Source of the DNA: an uncultured Pseudomonadota bacterium
GTDB lineage: Bacteria > Oederibacteriota > Muellerivitia > Muellerivitales > Muellerivitaceae
Assembly (NCBI GenBank): GCA_963836235.1
Contig: CAWIIP010000002.1
Coordinates: 1,696,001-1,760,000, forward strand
Reading direction: 5' to 3'
Length of the DNA: 64,000 nucleotides
A model generated the notes under the pieces. It was given only the letters and a program-made list of their open reading frames with translations. It searched no databases and was not told where the DNA came from. How positions within the stretch are numbered: the first letter of the stretch is position 1; every line of letters begins with the position of its first letter. The translations under genes and the position numbers were made by a program. This document shows, in pieces, positions 47,168-57,055 of this stretch.

Positions 47168-48593
47168 AAACATTCTTCTTCTTGGGTGCTGCCGAAGTCT
47201 GGTAGTCCATCATCTCACCCACCTTGTTCCGCGACAACTTGCCGGACAGGTGTAAACCCTCCAGCACGAATTCCACGCAGGAAGCCTGGTAGGGGTCCGA
47301 GCCTTTTTCGCTTAAATGGTGAACCGGCTCCCAAATCTGGGGGAGCTGGGAAATGACGTTCTTGTAGTCGGCAGCGGGAGTTAGGTCCGACACCCTGATG
47401 TGCTTTTCCCCAGCCATGTCGGGAACGGAAAGCTCGAAGTGGTCTTTTTCCATGTGTTCCTTGAAAACCGCCAAAACCGCTTTATCCATGATTTTTCCGA
47501 AAACCTGGTGTTCGGTCACTGTTTCCTCGCGGAAGGGGTCCAGCTCGATTTTGCCGGAAGAAGAAGTGTATAGGTAATTCAAGTCCGACATCCGTGGAAC
47601 CGCCTCCGGTTCGCCCAGGACATAAGCCCGGCGGCGGGAGTTGGCGATCATGGTTTCATAATTGGCGATGGAGAGACGGGCGGAGACACCCGACTTCTGG
47701 TTCACGTAGGGGCTCTTTCTCGCCTCGATAGTGATCTGTTCGATAATTTCGGTCATGAAATCGGGAACCGTCAGCTTCACCTCGTCATTCTTAGGGACGC
47801 GGGCTTCCTGGTGGATGATCTTGATTCCCAACTCCCGGGTCAAGGGATAGTGGGTGCGGATCTCGGCGCCAATACGGTCCTTGAGTTGGGTGATAATCTT
47901 GCCCGCCCGGGTGTATTCCTCAGGGTTGGCGGTAAAGAGCAGGAGAATGTCGAGGTTGAAGCGGATGGGATAACCCCTTACCTGGATGTCCCTTTCTTCT
48001 AATATGTTAAAGAGAGCCACCTGTACCAGGTATTCCAGGTCGGGCAGTTCGTTCACGGCGAAGATGCCCCGGTTCATGCGGGGGATCAGGCCGAAGTGGA
48101 TGGCTTCCTCGCTGGCCAGGGGATTCCCCGCCGCCACCTTGGCGGGGTCCAGGTCGCCGATCAAGTCGGCGATCTTGGTGCCGGGGGACAGGCGCTCGGC
48201 GTAGCGGTCTTCCCGGCCGATCCAGACGATCTCCAGGTTTTCCCCGTGCTCCGCCAGTTTCTTGCGGCAGGAAGCGCAGATAGGGTGGTAAGGATGGTCG
48301 TGGATTTCACAGCCCTTTACGATGGGCATTTCCTCGTCCAAAAACTGCATTAGGGACCGCATGATGCGGCTCTTGGCCTGGCCCTTCTCGCCCAAAAGTA
48401 CGATGTCATGGTGCGAGAGCAGGGCATTGGTCAACTGGGGAAGGACTGTCTCCTCAAACCCGTGAATTTGCGGGAAAAGGGGTCCGCCGGAACGGATTTT
48501 TTTCAAAAGATTCCGCTCGAGTTCTTCTTTTACGGTGAAGTCACCGTAGCCGGAAGCGCGCAATTCTTTCAAATTCATTGGTTTGGAAGACAT
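47166..48593 (-). CDS. AAA+ ATPase (Mg-chelatase ChlI-like family)
   Basis: GEKGQAKS Walker A variant, FAVNELPDL Walker B, TANPEEYT, LKDRIG. Confidence 0.9.
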   Translation of the reverse strand: MSSKPMNLKELRASGYGDFTVKEELERNLLKKIRSGGPLFPQIHGFEETVLPQLTNALLSHHDIVLLGEKGQAKSRIMRSLMQFLDEEMPIVKGCEIHDHPYHPICASCRKKLAEHGENLEIVWIGREDRYAERLSPGTKIADLIGDLDPAKVAAGNPLASEEAIHFGLIPRMNRGIFAVNELPDLEYLVQVALFNILEERDIQVRGYPIRFNLDILLLFTANPEEYTRAGKIITQLKDRIGAEIRTHYPLTRELGIKIIHQEARVPKNDEVKLTVPDFMTEIIEQITIEARKSPYVNQKSGVSARLSIANYETMIANSRRRAYVLGEPEAVPRMSDLNYLYTSSSGKIELDPFREETVTEHQVFGKIMDKAVLAVFKEHMEKDHFELSVPDMAGEKHIRVSDLTPAADYKNVISQLPQIWEPVHHLSEKGSDPYQASCVEFVLEGLHLSGKLSRNKVGEMMDYQTSAAPKKKNV

Positions 48594-48667
48594 GAAGTAC
48601 CCTTCAATTGAGATGATTTCTTTTTATCTTACGGGTTCAAAAGCACTGGATGCAAGGCCACTAGGGT

Positions 48668-50512
48668 CTAAAAGCCCAGCGATTTGTAAATATCCCATAT
48701 ACCGAAAAGCGAAGGGTGATGGTTGGAGGGGTCATCCGACGCGTGCCTTAATCGCAGATTCCCCAAAGCTAAGACGGGGCCTTCCACGAAAGTCGGCCCG
48801 GTCAATTCCAGGATGTTTCCCGACTTTCGCAGGAGGAAAGAGGGGTTGCGGGAAAGATAAAAACGGTGGAAGGCCCCATCGAAATAAGAAAAAGTAATGG
48901 GAATTTTATCCCGGTTCTTGACCGCTATTTCCGATGTCGCGTAAATGACGCGGTCGAAATGGTCGGGGAAGACCATAGAGGAAGCGGTCAGCCCCAGATC
49001 CGGAAAAAGCCGCTCGGTCTGTTCCACGCCCCAGGTTTCGAAGAGGGTAAAGGTGGGGATCATTCGGATGTCGGGCCGCTGGCGCGCGACATTTTGAAGA
49101 TAGTAAAGGCTGAAATAATCCTCGTCCGCTTCCGCGAAAAAGACCGAATTGCGGGGGATGGATTTGAGGAGATTCTCGCCATAGTCGTAGGGAAGGGTTT
49201 GTTTTTCCTGGCTCCATTGGTCGAACCCCTTGAAGGCCATCAAAAAAGGAATCGCACCCAAGAGGAGAATGACCAGGGGCGCCACCTTGGAAGGGGAATG
49301 ACGGAGGCGGGACAGAAGGAAAAACATTCCCACGGACGCCAGGAGGGCCAGGATCCAATCCGCGGGAATGAGGAAGTTATCCAGCATCCAAGTGGAATGG
49401 GGGTTGTCTGAAATCCGCAAAGCCGTGAGCAAGGCCATCAGGAGACCAGCGAAGGAAAGAAACAGAAATAAAAGAAGTTTCCTTTCTTTCAAGCCTAGCC
49501 AAGCCAAGAGGCCCAGAATCGACAGTATTAGGGGCAAGAGTCCCGTGTTGTTCAGGAGATGGTCCGAGATGGGACGGCCTTGGACTTTCAAGATGAGCCG
49601 CCATAAATCGGCGAATTGATCCCAGGTCGAAGTTCCTTTGAGGACCTGTGCCAGCAGCTCCCCCAGGCTGGTTTCCCGGAACGACAGGTAACTTCTGGAA
49701 AGGTCCGCGATAAAAAGGGAAAAAGTACCAGGGGCTCCCAGGTTCAAGACCGGATGGGCTTGGGCCCGTAGGGGCAGATAAAGCAGGGGTGACAGGGCCA
49801 AAAGAAAAAGGGAAAGGCTTTTGAGAAGGGGTGAGGCCCAATGGATTTTCGAATTTTCGCCGTTCGGCAAGAAAAAAAATAAAAGGAAGGCGGGCAGGAA
49901 GACCATTTGGGTTTCCCAATGGTTCGCGAACCCCAGTCCGAAGATAAAAAAAGAAAGAAAAATCCAACGGCGATTTACAGAGAGGGCGGGGATCACCTGG
50001 CTTAGGAGGCAGGAGGTAAGAGCCAACTGAAGCACGACACCGAGCAGGTAAATTCCCCCTTTAGCGCCCAAGGCATTTCGCCAAAAAGCGGGTGAAAAGG
50101 CCAAAAGAAGCGAACCCCACGCGGCGCAAAAAAGAAGAAGGCTTTCGCCTTCCGAGTTGTTTTCCCAAAAGGATTTCAAGGTGAAATGGATCATCCCGGC
50201 CAGAAGGACGACCGAAAAGGACGCCAACAAGGCGGACCCTACATTGACGCGAAAGCAGGGGTTGCCGAGGGGCAAAAGGGAGAAGAGTCTCCCGAAAATG
50301 GCCGCGAGGGCATATCCGGGCGGATGTTGGAGCCCTAAAGTGGCTCCGGCGGTTATAGTTTCCGCCGAATCGTCGTTGGGGAAAACGGGATTCAAAGTAC
50401 GAAGGTAGATTTCAAAACTACCCAGTAAAAGAACGGGCTTCCAAAGAATTTGAAGCCAATGATGGAAAGGGGTTTTTCGATCGGGCTGGGTCAAGGTTGG
50501 CCTCGATGGCAT
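48668..50512 (-). CDS. DUF2723 (TMEM260-like) GT-C membrane protein
   Basis: DSAE...LGLQHPPGY, YLPLRA, DYGENLL.S.P. Confidence 0.85.
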   Translation of the reverse strand: MPSRPTLTQPDRKTPFHHWLQILWKPVLLLGSFEIYLRTLNPVFPNDDSAETITAGATLGLQHPPGYALAAIFGRLFSLLPLGNPCFRVNVGSALLASFSVVLLAGMIHFTLKSFWENNSEGESLLLFCAAWGSLLLAFSPAFWRNALGAKGGIYLLGVVLQLALTSCLLSQVIPALSVNRRWIFLSFFIFGLGFANHWETQMVFLPAFLLFFFLPNGENSKIHWASPLLKSLSLFLLALSPLLYLPLRAQAHPVLNLGAPGTFSLFIADLSRSYLSFRETSLGELLAQVLKGTSTWDQFADLWRLILKVQGRPISDHLLNNTGLLPLILSILGLLAWLGLKERKLLLFLFLSFAGLLMALLTALRISDNPHSTWMLDNFLIPADWILALLASVGMFFLLSRLRHSPSKVAPLVILLLGAIPFLMAFKGFDQWSQEKQTLPYDYGENLLKSIPRNSVFFAEADEDYFSLYYLQNVARQRPDIRMIPTFTLFETWGVEQTERLFPDLGLTASSMVFPDHFDRVIYATSEIAVKNRDKIPITFSYFDGAFHRFYLSRNPSFLLRKSGNILELTGPTFVEGPVLALGNLRLRHASDDPSNHHPSLFGIWDIYKSLGF

Positions 50513-50629
50513 TATAACTGGTGAAAAAGTAAAAGAGTTTTCCGAATCCTTGAAACAGGAAAGGTCTTTTGGGTTAAAATAATCCCACTCGACTCCTCAA
50601 CGCCAACCTAATATCCCTAAAGAGAATCC

Positions 50630-52237
50630 ATGCCTGAACTGATCGAAGCCCCCAGCCAAAATTTTATCTCCGCCGAACCCAAAGTCACCCTGGTCAATAC
50701 CTTTCACCAGCCTTTCGACAACGCGGTGGCCACCGCTCGCACTTGTTATTCCAGCAAGGGCATCATCACCTCGGGCCAAGTGGCGGGGGAGGGGTTGGAT
50801 GAGGAAAAGCAGGAAGACCGCCGGCAGAAACGCGACGACCTGGCCCGCTCCATTTACAAGGCGGGGCACCATACCACGCTCCAACACGCCCATTTCCAAT
50901 TCGCCCTCGAGAACGTCTCCCGGCAGTTCATTTGGAGTTTCCTCCACAGCCATCCTTTCTATAATTCCGAGCAGGTGTCTCAACGCTACGTGACGGTCAA
51001 TCCCACCCAGATGGCCATGCCGCCCTTATCCCATGACGCGGCCAGGGTTTACCTCCACACCATCGCCCTTCAAACCCAGGCTTATGAAGAGTTGACCGAA
51101 TCCCTGAAACCTTTAGTCGAGAGGGAATACCTGAGCCGTTTCAAACACGCGGACCCCAAGGGCAAAAAGGTCCTCATGGCGGTCCAAAAGAAATCACAGG
51201 AAGTCGCCCGGTACGTACTACCGGTAGCCACCTTCGCCTATCTGTACCACACGGTATCGGGCCTGACCCTTCTTCGTTACTGGCGCCTTTGCCAAACCTT
51301 CGACGCGCCCCTGGAACAAAGGCTGGTGGTAGGCAAGATGGTGGAGGCGGTCTTAAAAGAAGCCCCCGCTTACAAGGCGATCATGGAACAACCGCTGGCC
51401 TTCGAATCCACCGCCGAAGCGAAAATGTACGAGGAGTTCCATGCCACCGCCGCCACCCATAAGGCTTTCCGGCAGGAGTTCGACGCCTCCCTGGGCGGAC
51501 GAACCTCCAAGCTGGTGGATTATTCCAAAGAGGGAGAGAGGATGCTGGCTTCGGCGGTGCGGGAAGTGTTCGGACTGCCTTCCTCCGCCCTTTCCGACGA
51601 CGAGGCCATCACCCTGGCGCTGGACCCCTCCAAAAATAAATACCTGGGCGAAACCCTGAACGTGACCACCCACAGTAAACTTTCCCGGGCCCTCTTCCAT
51701 CCCCATTACACCTTCCGGAAGAAAATTTCCCACACTGGGGATTCGCAGGACCAAAGGCACCGCATGACGCCCGCTTCCCGTCCAATTCTTCACGCCCTCA
51801 CCCTGGACGAGCCGGATTACCTGGTTCCCGTCCTCTTTAAGCAGGACAAGATGTTGGAAAGGCGTTTCGCCGAAGTCATGAACCAAAGCTGGGAAGGCAT
51901 TGTCCAACTCCGCAAGATGGGCGTCTCCGAGGAGTTCGCCGCCTACCTATTGCCCAACGCGGTTTCGGTGCGCTTCACCGAATCGGCGGACCTTTTGAAC
52001 CTGCACCACAAGCACGCCATGCGGCTTTGCTATAACGCCCAGGAGGAAATTTGGCAGGCTTCCTTGGATGAGGCCCAGCAGGTGAGGGAAATCCATCCCC
52101 GAATCGGAAAATGGCTCTTGCCGCCCTGCACTCTCCGGGCCTTCGCGGGCACCCTGCCCAAATGTCCTGAAGGGGACCGCTTCTGCGGGGTAGTGGTGTG
52201 GAAGAAGGATTTGAACGAATACCAGAGAGTCATTTAA
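50630..52237 (+). CDS. thyX: FAD-dependent thymidylate synthase, tandem two-domain form
   Basis: GHHTTLQH, SQRY and ARYVLP in domain 1; QRHR, AYLLPNA and RLC..AQEEI in domain 2. Confidence 0.85.
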   Translation: MPELIEAPSQNFISAEPKVTLVNTFHQPFDNAVATARTCYSSKGIITSGQVAGEGLDEEKQEDRRQKRDDLARSIYKAGHHTTLQHAHFQFALENVSRQFIWSFLHSHPFYNSEQVSQRYVTVNPTQMAMPPLSHDAARVYLHTIALQTQAYEELTESLKPLVEREYLSRFKHADPKGKKVLMAVQKKSQEVARYVLPVATFAYLYHTVSGLTLLRYWRLCQTFDAPLEQRLVVGKMVEAVLKEAPAYKAIMEQPLAFESTAEAKMYEEFHATAATHKAFRQEFDASLGGRTSKLVDYSKEGERMLASAVREVFGLPSSALSDDEAITLALDPSKNKYLGETLNVTTHSKLSRALFHPHYTFRKKISHTGDSQDQRHRMTPASRPILHALTLDEPDYLVPVLFKQDKMLERRFAEVMNQSWEGIVQLRKMGVSEEFAAYLLPNAVSVRFTESADLLNLHHKHAMRLCYNAQEEIWQASLDEAQQVREIHPRIGKWLLPPCTLRAFAGTLPKCPEGDRFCGVVVWKKDLNEYQRVI

Positions 52238-52277
52238 TCAGCTGTTGGCAAACAGCAATTAGCAAGAAGGACTATTT

Positions 52278-52778
52278 ATGGGGAATCCCATCCATTTGAA
52301 AGCTTGGCCCCCGGCGCTTCTGCTGATTTTTGCACTTCACCCGGCTTTCGCCCAAACCACGAAACAATCCACCGCCCCAGCCATCTCCCCAAACCAGGCC
52401 GTTCTGGCCAAGGCGCTCCGGTTCTGGGTCTATGAGAAAAGCACCGATGTCGTGAACGACGTGACCGGGCTTTTCGACAGCAAAGCCCAAAAAATCACCC
52501 TCAAGTGCGAACTAAAGAACCTAACGGGCAATGAGATTCACGGTGTCCGGGGCACCTTGAGGTTCACGACTTTCTTCGGCGAAAAGATAGCGGATATCGC
52601 CATCGAAACCACCGCCGCCATTCCTTCCGGCCAGGTGATCGGGGTGAATTGGAACATCCCCACGGACCGATTGAGCCCGGAAGTTTTTGACAAGCTGAAA
52701 AAAACGAAGTTGGAGCAGATGAAGCAGGTTTGGTATCCCTACATGATCGCCTTCACCGATGGAACAGTTCTTAAATAA
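52278..52778 (+). CDS. Hypothetical secreted protein
   Basis: Signal peptide ending AFA; beta-rich domain ending IAFTDGTVLK. Confidence 0.7.
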   Translation: MGNPIHLKAWPPALLLIFALHPAFAQTTKQSTAPAISPNQAVLAKALRFWVYEKSTDVVNDVTGLFDSKAQKITLKCELKNLTGNEIHGVRGTLRFTTFFGEKIADIAIETTAAIPSGQVIGVNWNIPTDRLSPEVFDKLKKTKLEQMKQVWYPYMIAFTDGTVLK

Positions 52779-52793
52779 ATAATAGGAAACAGG

Positions 52794-52875
52794 GCCGCAA
52801 ATCCGCGCGGATTTTCGCCGTTTAAAATAGGGTTCAAGATTTAATCGGCGTTGATTTGCGCGAATCTGCGGCTAA
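52794..52875. repeat. REP/MITE-like element family 2
   Basis: GCCGCAAATCCGCGCGGATTTTCGCCG ... AATCGGCGTTGATTTGCGCGAATCTGCGGCTAA. Confidence 0.75.
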
Positions 52876-52885
52876 GATGTGCCCC

Positions 52886-53620
52886 ATGAAACCCAACCGG
52901 CTTGTCTTATTCGATATCGACGGAACCCTCCTTTCCACCGACCGCGGCATTTGGGAAGACCCCTTCCGCGAGGGAATGGAAAAGGCCTTCCGCGAGGCGG
53001 GCGACCCCCGCATCATCGATACTCACCAATACCGGATGGGCGGCAAGACCGACACCCAGATCATCCATGAAATCCTGTCGCAAAACGGCATCGACGAAGC
53101 CACCATCACGAGGATGCTGCCGCTTATCGGCAAAACGTATATGGGATTGTTGCGGGACAAGGTGAAGGAAAGGCCGGACTATATTCTGCTGAAGCCGGGA
53201 GTCGAAACACTTTTGGAGGACCTTCACCAAGATCCCAATGTCCTGCTCGGGCTCCTGACGGGGAATTTCGAGGAAGGGGCCTATTTAAAGCTTTCCGCCC
53301 ATGGGCTGGACCGTTATTTCGATTTTGGGGCCTTCGGGGAGAACACGCAAAAAAGGTCCGACCTGCCTCCCCGAGCCCTGGCGGCCGCCGAAAAAAAACA
53401 TGGGGTTCAATTTTTCGAAAAAGAAATCGTCATTATCGGGGATACGCCCAACGACATCCATTGCGGCCGCGACCTCAATGTCCGAACCCTGGCTGTCGCC
53501 ACCGGCACCTTTACCCTGGAACAACTTTCGGCGGAGAAGCCGGATTTTGTTTTTCCCGACTTTCGGGACAAGGCCAAGGTTCTCTCGGCCATCTTGGATT
53601 TATTTCCCCCATCCGCTTAA
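52886..53620 (+). CDS. HAD superfamily hydrolase
   Basis: LFDIDGTL, LLTGN, IGDTPND. Confidence 0.93.
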   Translation: MKPNRLVLFDIDGTLLSTDRGIWEDPFREGMEKAFREAGDPRIIDTHQYRMGGKTDTQIIHEILSQNGIDEATITRMLPLIGKTYMGLLRDKVKERPDYILLKPGVETLLEDLHQDPNVLLGLLTGNFEEGAYLKLSAHGLDRYFDFGAFGENTQKRSDLPPRALAAAEKKHGVQFFEKEIVIIGDTPNDIHCGRDLNVRTLAVATGTFTLEQLSAEKPDFVFPDFRDKAKVLSAILDLFPPSA

Positions 53621-53775
53621 CCCCGAAATTCCCCGCCAAAAGCCGGGGAACCCCGCTTCCCCCTTCAAAATCCTCGAATCTCTAAAAAATAAAAATTATT
53701 TTTTTCTGTAACCTTCCGTTCTGGGCCTTCTATTCATTTACAACACCATTTCGAAGGCATCGCCTGGAGGGTTTT

Positions 53776-54441
53776 ATGAAGAAAATATCTTTGCTGTCGT
53801 TCGCCGTCCTTTTCATGGCCGTTTCAGCCATTCTGACCAGTTGTTCCCAAAATAGTTATAGCCCTTCTTCACCCTATGGTTCGGCGACAAATACCTTCAC
53901 CCCGACTCCGACCCCCACCGGCCCCACTTCCACTCCCACCAACAGTCCGACCGTGACTTTGACCTTTACGCCCACGAACACGGCAACGGTCACACCCACT
54001 GCCACCGTTACTAATACGCCGACCATCACCAACACACCCACGAATACGGCCACCCTTACGCCCACGGCTACCATTACCGATACCCCCACAGTCACCAATA
54101 CCCCCACCCCCAAGACCGTCACGATCATGGTCATTTCCGCCTCGGGAAGCTACCGTTATTCCCTGGATGGAACCACGGCCCTCAGCGCGCCGATTACCCT
54201 TTATCACGGGGATTCCATTCTTTGGAGCCTGTCGAATCCGAGCATCCATCCCCTTTACTTGGATAACGGGGCCAGCTGTCTCGTCACCAACCTTAATACC
54301 GGCGGCTCTTATACCTACTCAAGCTTTTCAGTGGGCACCTATCATTTCCATTGTGGGAACCATGGGTCCTGCAGCCCCTCCAACTCGACTTGTCCGGGCG
54401 CCATTTGCACCGGAATGACGGCGGACGTCATCGTCCAATAG
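53776..54441 (+). CDS. Thr/Pro-stalk lipoprotein with C-terminal cupredoxin-like domain
   Basis: RBS GGAGG; lipobox LTSC; ITL..GD.I.W...HP...GTYHFHCGNH...GM.A.VIV. Confidence 0.7.
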   Translation: MKKISLLSFAVLFMAVSAILTSCSQNSYSPSSPYGSATNTFTPTPTPTGPTSTPTNSPTVTLTFTPTNTATVTPTATVTNTPTITNTPTNTATLTPTATITDTPTVTNTPTPKTVTIMVISASGSYRYSLDGTTALSAPITLYHGDSILWSLSNPSIHPLYLDNGASCLVTNLNTGGSYTYSSFSVGTYHFHCGNHGSCSPSNSTCPGAICTGMTADVIVQ

Positions 54442-54463
54442 ATTTCCACTCTCCTTTGTTTTG

Positions 54464-54500
54464 AAGGGCCTCCGAGACTCTCTCCCGGGGGCCCTTTTTT
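54464..54500 (+). terminator. Intrinsic terminator
   Basis: AAGGGCC...GGCCCTT stem followed by a T run. Confidence 0.7.
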
Positions 54501-54596
54501 ATTTCCGTTTCCCCGTTTAAAACCTTCTTGCAAAAAGCCCTCCAACTCGTGAAGATACGGTCCATCAGCATTCCATCCCGGATTCAAAGGAAAGCC

Positions 54597-55430
54597 ATGA
54601 CCACCCATATCCGCCTGGCCCACAGCCCGGACGCCGACGACGCCTTCATGTTTTACGGCCTGGCCAAAAACAAGATCGACACCGAGGGCATCGAGTACGA
54701 GCATGTTTTGAAGGACATCCAGACCCTCAATGAATGGGCGAAGGAAGGGCGCATGGAAGTCACCGCCATCTCGGCCCATGCCTACGCCTACGTGAAGGAC
54801 AAGTACGCCATCCTGACCCACGGGGGGAGCATCGGGAAGAACTATGGCCCCATGATCGTGGCCATGGAAGACAAGCCCATTGAGGCCTTCAAGGGAAAGA
54901 AGATCGCCATCCCTGGGAAAATGACCAGCGCCTACCTGGCTTTCAAGCTCTGCCTGCCGGATTTCCAGGAAGTCGTGGTGAATTTCGACGAGATCATGGA
55001 AGAAGTGGTGAAGGGCAACGTGGACGCGGGGCTCATCATCCACGAGGGCCAGCTGACCTACCGGGAAAAGGGGCTTTATAAGATCATCGACTTGGGCGAG
55101 TGGTGGTTTAAGAAAATGGGAATGGTTTTGCCCATGGGGGTCAACGCCATCCGCCGGGACTTGCCCGAGGACGTGAAGAAAAAGGTTTCCCGTCAACTCA
55201 AGGAATCTATCCAATATTCCCTCGACCACCGGGAAGCCGCCCTAGATTACGCCCTGGCCTTCGGGCGGGGTCTTTCCAAGGAAGTGGCCGATAAGTTCGT
55301 CGGGATGTGGGTCAATGACCGCACGGTGGACATGGGCGAGGAAGGCCAGGCGGCCATCCGGGAGTTCTTGAAACAGGGTGAACAGAAGAAGTTGATTCCC
55401 ACCGTCGGCGAGATCGAATTCGTCAGTTAG
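54597..55430 (+). CDS. mqnD: 1,4-dihydroxy-6-naphthoate synthase-like protein (MqnA/MqnD family)
   Basis: AHSPDADDAFMFY, DIQTLN, IHEGQLTY, DLGEWW, LPMG. Confidence 0.85.
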   Translation: MTTHIRLAHSPDADDAFMFYGLAKNKIDTEGIEYEHVLKDIQTLNEWAKEGRMEVTAISAHAYAYVKDKYAILTHGGSIGKNYGPMIVAMEDKPIEAFKGKKIAIPGKMTSAYLAFKLCLPDFQEVVVNFDEIMEEVVKGNVDAGLIIHEGQLTYREKGLYKIIDLGEWWFKKMGMVLPMGVNAIRRDLPEDVKKKVSRQLKESIQYSLDHREAALDYALAFGRGLSKEVADKFVGMWVNDRTVDMGEEGQAAIREFLKQGEQKKLIPTVGEIEFVS

Positions 55431-55445
55431 CCCATCGGGGGTTTC

Positions 55446-55772
55446 TTGAAAAAGAAAAGGAAGGACCCATGGCATTTATACGTCGCTGAATGCGCCGATG
55501 GTTCCTATTACACCGGCATCACCAAGGACGTTGAGAAACGAATCCAGACCCATAATTCGGGCAAGGGAAGCAAGTACACCGCCACCCACCGGCCCATCAA
55601 GCTGATCTTCCAGGAACCCCAGGCCAATTACTCCACGGCTCTCCGGCGCGAATACCAAGTCAAAACTCTTTCCAAAAATCGCAAGGCCCGGTTCATCGCC
55701 GGGGAAAAGCTACCGAAGCCCGCCCGCAAAGCCAAGATGAGCTTTCAACGGAATCAAAAGCGAAAAGCTTAA
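55446..55772 (+). CDS. GIY-YIG nuclease family protein (UPF0213-like)
   Basis: LYVAECADGSYYTGIT...R...HN.GKGSKYT...A.RRE. Confidence 0.9.
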   Translation: MKKKRKDPWHLYVAECADGSYYTGITKDVEKRIQTHNSGKGSKYTATHRPIKLIFQEPQANYSTALRREYQVKTLSKNRKARFIAGEKLPKPARKAKMSFQRNQKRKA

Positions 55773-56121
55773 ACCTCTCCTTCCGTGTCCCATCCCTTTC
55801 TTGAAGAAAGCCGTCAAAACCGCTGGGCCCCCAAAACCCGGGCGAAAAGAAAAAGGGCATAAGATTTCAGGGGCCCAACACTCAGCCTGTTGAGAGTTCG
55901 AGAACCATAATTGAGTTTTTCGACTCTTTCGTTTAATTGGACAAAATCGTTCAAACGCTTGTATTCCCTGTTAAATATCTGTAACTTCGTGCGGTTCCGC
56001 CTGGCAGCGGGACCATAGACCGGCCGGAGGTTTTAGGGTTTCGAACGCCGGGTTTATGTGGTTTTTCTTTCGTGTTCCGTCCCCTGACGGCGCATGAAAT
56101 AAAATTTTAAGGAGAGAAAGA

Positions 56122-56778
56122 ATGAGAAAGACTCTAGCTTTGGCCATGGGGTTGGTGTTGACGGCATCCGTTTCGTTCGCCGCCGACGCGACTTCCAGCA
56201 GCACGGCAGCCAAGACGACGGCTACCAGCAGCACAGCGGCGAGCAGCACGGCTTCCAGTTCGGACAATGGAAAGTTAGTGCTTCAGATACAGGGTGGGTT
56301 GACGATCCCGACCAGCAGCGGATTGTCCACTTTCACCGCGGCCGGACCCAGCTTCGGAGGGATGATCGGCTACGCTTTTTCCAAGGATTTCACCTTGGGC
56401 GTGGAGAGCGGCGTTGAAGAATGGATCACCCAGTCCAAGTACGGCCAAGGGGGAATCAACCATATTCCCTTGGAACTCCTCGGCCAATATAACTTCACGG
56501 GCGGGTCAATTGTTCCCTATATTGACTTGGGCGTGGGCGTGGCCTTTGACTGGTCCACGGACTTCATCCCGAGCCAGACGAATTTTGAGCTGGATCCGGG
56601 AATTGGGGTCGCCTTCAACCTCGCCAAGGATTTCAATCTCTTTGTCCAAGGCAAGCTGGCCATGGATTTCAACTCCACGGGAAAGAACGGCGAAAGCATC
56701 GCCGCTTCCTCCACGGCCTCGCCGGACAGCCCGCTCATGTCGATCCCTGTCCAATTGGGCGTGAATTTGTCGATCTAA
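56122..56778 (+). CDS. Outer membrane beta-barrel protein
   Basis: RBS AAGGAG; signal peptide; alternating beta-strands, PYIDLGVG, C-terminal QLGVNLSI. Confidence 0.75.
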   Translation: MRKTLALAMGLVLTASVSFAADATSSSTAAKTTATSSTAASSTASSSDNGKLVLQIQGGLTIPTSSGLSTFTAAGPSFGGMIGYAFSKDFTLGVESGVEEWITQSKYGQGGINHIPLELLGQYNFTGGSIVPYIDLGVGVAFDWSTDFIPSQTNFELDPGIGVAFNLAKDFNLFVQGKLAMDFNSTGKNGESIAASSTASPDSPLMSIPVQLGVNLSI

Positions 56779-56798
56779 GCTAAGCTTTTTCAGTCTTC

Positions 56799-56832
56799 AA
56801 CCCCGCTTTCCTTTGGGAGGGCGGGGTTTTTT
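56799..56832 (+). terminator. Intrinsic terminator
   Basis: AACCCCGC...GCGGGGTT stem followed by a T run. Confidence 0.8.
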
Positions 56833-57055
56833 GTTTTCAGGGGGCCTCTTTGGGTTCCTTTTTGGAAAGGATCGACAACCAACCAAAATTAAACCACCCT
56901 GGCGAAAGGGAATGTGATCCGGATCATAGCACTTGGGCCCCGCGCGAAAAAAGCGGCCATTATGAGTGGGGTCATAAAATTTGTTTTTAAAATTGAATAA
57001 ATTAATTCCGGTTCAACCTCTTTAGTCAAAGTTCCAACCCTGCAAGGAGTGGGAC

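Noticed and set aside
55446-55772. Homing endonuclease or mobile element
   Set aside because: Small stand-alone UPF0213-type GIY-YIG with no intron or intein context
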